A DNA stretch of 64,000 nt from a virus (taxonomy: Duplodnaviria > Caudoviricetes). Numbering within the stretch: the first letter of the stretch is position 1; each line of letters starts with the position of its first letter. The position numbers were made by a program, and so were the translations under genes. Positions 62,809-64,000 of this stretch are shown piece after piece. The notes beneath the pieces were generated by a model, which searched no databases, was not told the DNA's origin, and was given only the letters and a program-made list of their open reading frames with translations. The stretch is taken from the IMG/VR virus record IMGVR_UViG_3300027857_000006, positions 1,907 to 65,906 of that record, one strand, 5' to 3'.

Positions 62809-63375
62809 GTGCCAGCGAGTAAACCAACCGTTTTACCAGACGTCGTGACGAAGGGACGGATCTTCGAGATCGTGATCGGTGGTCATGTTTGTTCGAAGAA
62901 AAACGAACTGAAGCACAACGGTCGCACGGGTCACGCCTACTACCCGCCAGAGGTAAGGGCGAACCTCGACGAGATCAACGCACAGGTCGAGTATCAGTGG
63001 ACACAACGGACAGCGAACGGCGACTTCGCCAGGCAGCCGCTGGTTCATCCGGCGCTCGGCTTCACTTTCTACGTTCAGACAACCCGCTCTGATCGAGACA
63101 ATAAACTGGCGACCCTGATGGACGCCCTTGTCGCCGGTGGTGTCTTAAAGGACGATTCCATCGCTGAATGCAACTCCCCGATCCTGATCGGTAAGGCGTA
63201 TAGAGCTACTGAGGCTGGCGTGGCGGGTGCCAGGATTTTCATCGAGCCGAACGGTGACTTTGACCGTCTGTATGCCTATATGAGGCAGCAGGATCTATCC
63301 GATATTGCACCGATTAAGGCGCAGCAGGCCGAACGTCGAGCAACGCGCAAGCGACACTTCAGGGGGAGGGTCTAG
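62809..63375 (+). CDS. RusA-like Holliday junction resolvase
   Basis: SKKN, SDRDNKL..LMDAL...GVLKDDS. Confidence 0.85.
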   Translation: MPASKPTVLPDVVTKGRIFEIVIGGHVCSKKNELKHNGRTGHAYYPPEVRANLDEINAQVEYQWTQRTANGDFARQPLVHPALGFTFYVQTTRSDRDNKLATLMDALVAGGVLKDDSIAECNSPILIGKAYRATEAGVAGARIFIEPNGDFDRLYAYMRQQDLSDIAPIKAQQAERRATRKRHFRGRV

Positions 63376-63811
63376 TGAGCGAAGTCGAGCTACGGGCCGA
63401 GTTTTACCTGCTGGCCCACACGTTGATACCTTGCCTGGAGTCGGTTGTTCACGATTACCTACACCGTGGGGACACTGTTCTTGCCGAGGTGGTGGAGGAG
63501 GAATTACGAAAGCTAAAGCGACTGCTACCGTCAGCGTAGAGAAGCGAACAAGGGAGGCCCTGTCGGCACGGCCGGACACCTTCACGGCGGACGAGATCGG
63601 GCTGCTGCTGGCGGACGCCTGGACCGGTGTGACACGACGCAACCCGACGCCGATCACCGAGGAGCGTCTGGGTTACCTAAGGGGCTACGCTCGCGAGTTG
63701 CTTGCCAAGATCGAGACGGTTGACGTGGCGACCGGCCACTTGACGTGGGACGAGGTTGTTACGCTCTTTGTTGGCGCGGCGCTGGCTGCGCACGGACTGC
63801 ACGCCCGTTAG
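63305..63811 (+). CDS. Hypothetical protein (true start probably further downstream)
   Basis: C-terminal half reads as protein-like; 5' part doubtful. Confidence 0.35.
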   Translation: MHRLRRSRPNVEQRASDTSGGGSSERSRATGRVLPAGPHVDTLPGVGCSRLPTPWGHCSCRGGGGGITKAKATATVSVEKRTREALSARPDTFTADEIGLLLADAWTGVTRRNPTPITEERLGYLRGYARELLAKIETVDVATGHLTWDEVVTLFVGAALAAHGLHAR

Positions 63812-63830
63812 TCGGGCATAGGAGAACACC

Positions 63831-64000
63831 ATGTCTGACGTTGAAAGCGTACTGGTTCTACCTGACATCCACTACCGGCGCAAGGCCGGCGGCGAGGACA
63901 AGCGGACGTTGGACGCGGTTAAGCGATACGCCAGCCACCACCGCTGGTCCCACGTCGTGTGGCTCGGCGACGTCATGGACCACAACAGCATCTCGTCGCA
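63831..64000 (+). CDS. Metallophosphoesterase, 3'-truncated by the window
   Basis: AGGAG RBS; VLVLPDIH and WLGDVMD motifs. Confidence 0.8.
   Translation, partial: MSDVESVLVLPDIHYRRKAGGEDKRTLDAVKRYASHHRWSHVVWLGDVMDHNSISS

Noticed and set aside
1-64000. Genome-wide TAG stop-codon reassignment
   Set aside because: Many well-supported genes (MCP, terL, portal) end cleanly at TAG, and no convincing CUA-anticodon tRNA was found. The CTC-CTA-GAG at about 60833 has only a 3-nt loop.
1-64000. Apparent abundance of CTAG and palindromes such as ACCGGT and GTCGAC
   Set aside because: Visual impression only; it needs k-mer statistics against a Markov background, which could not be run.

Overview
This window is most of the genome of a GC-rich, podovirus-like tailed dsDNA phage. 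No host genes, integrase, DNA polymerase or endolysin are recognisable. The host is uncertain; the many Sec-type signal peptides and ECF-like promoters are compatible with a diderm soil bacterium such as Acidobacteriota, which is inference only. Layout: (1) 1-6939, + strand: end of the replication/accessory arm (RepA-like AAA helicase, J-domain protein, vWA, HD nuclease, NADAR, beta-propeller), closed by a bidirectional terminator near 7000-7037. (2) 7144-38293, - strand: virion module (ejection proteins, tail nozzle, two paralogous adaptors, beta-helix tailspike, N4-gp56-type major capsid protein flanked by two EndoVII homing endonucleases, scaffold, portal, terminase, and a block of signal-peptide-bearing fibre-like proteins). 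(3) 38370-64000, + strand: early/middle genes, an ORF-poor control region at about 41060-41830, recombination genes, and clusters of tRNAs and tRNA-like RNAs. Main observations: about ten remodelled tRNA-like RNAs with insertions, pseudoknots or deleted anticodon loops; two apparently circularly permuted enzymes (a histidine phosphatase and a Cas4/AddB-like nuclease); a kissing-loop RNA in the head operon; three distinct promoter classes readable from the sequence; and a capsid-protein fragment embedded in a Zn-finger gene. All calls were made by eye from motifs; no database searches were run.
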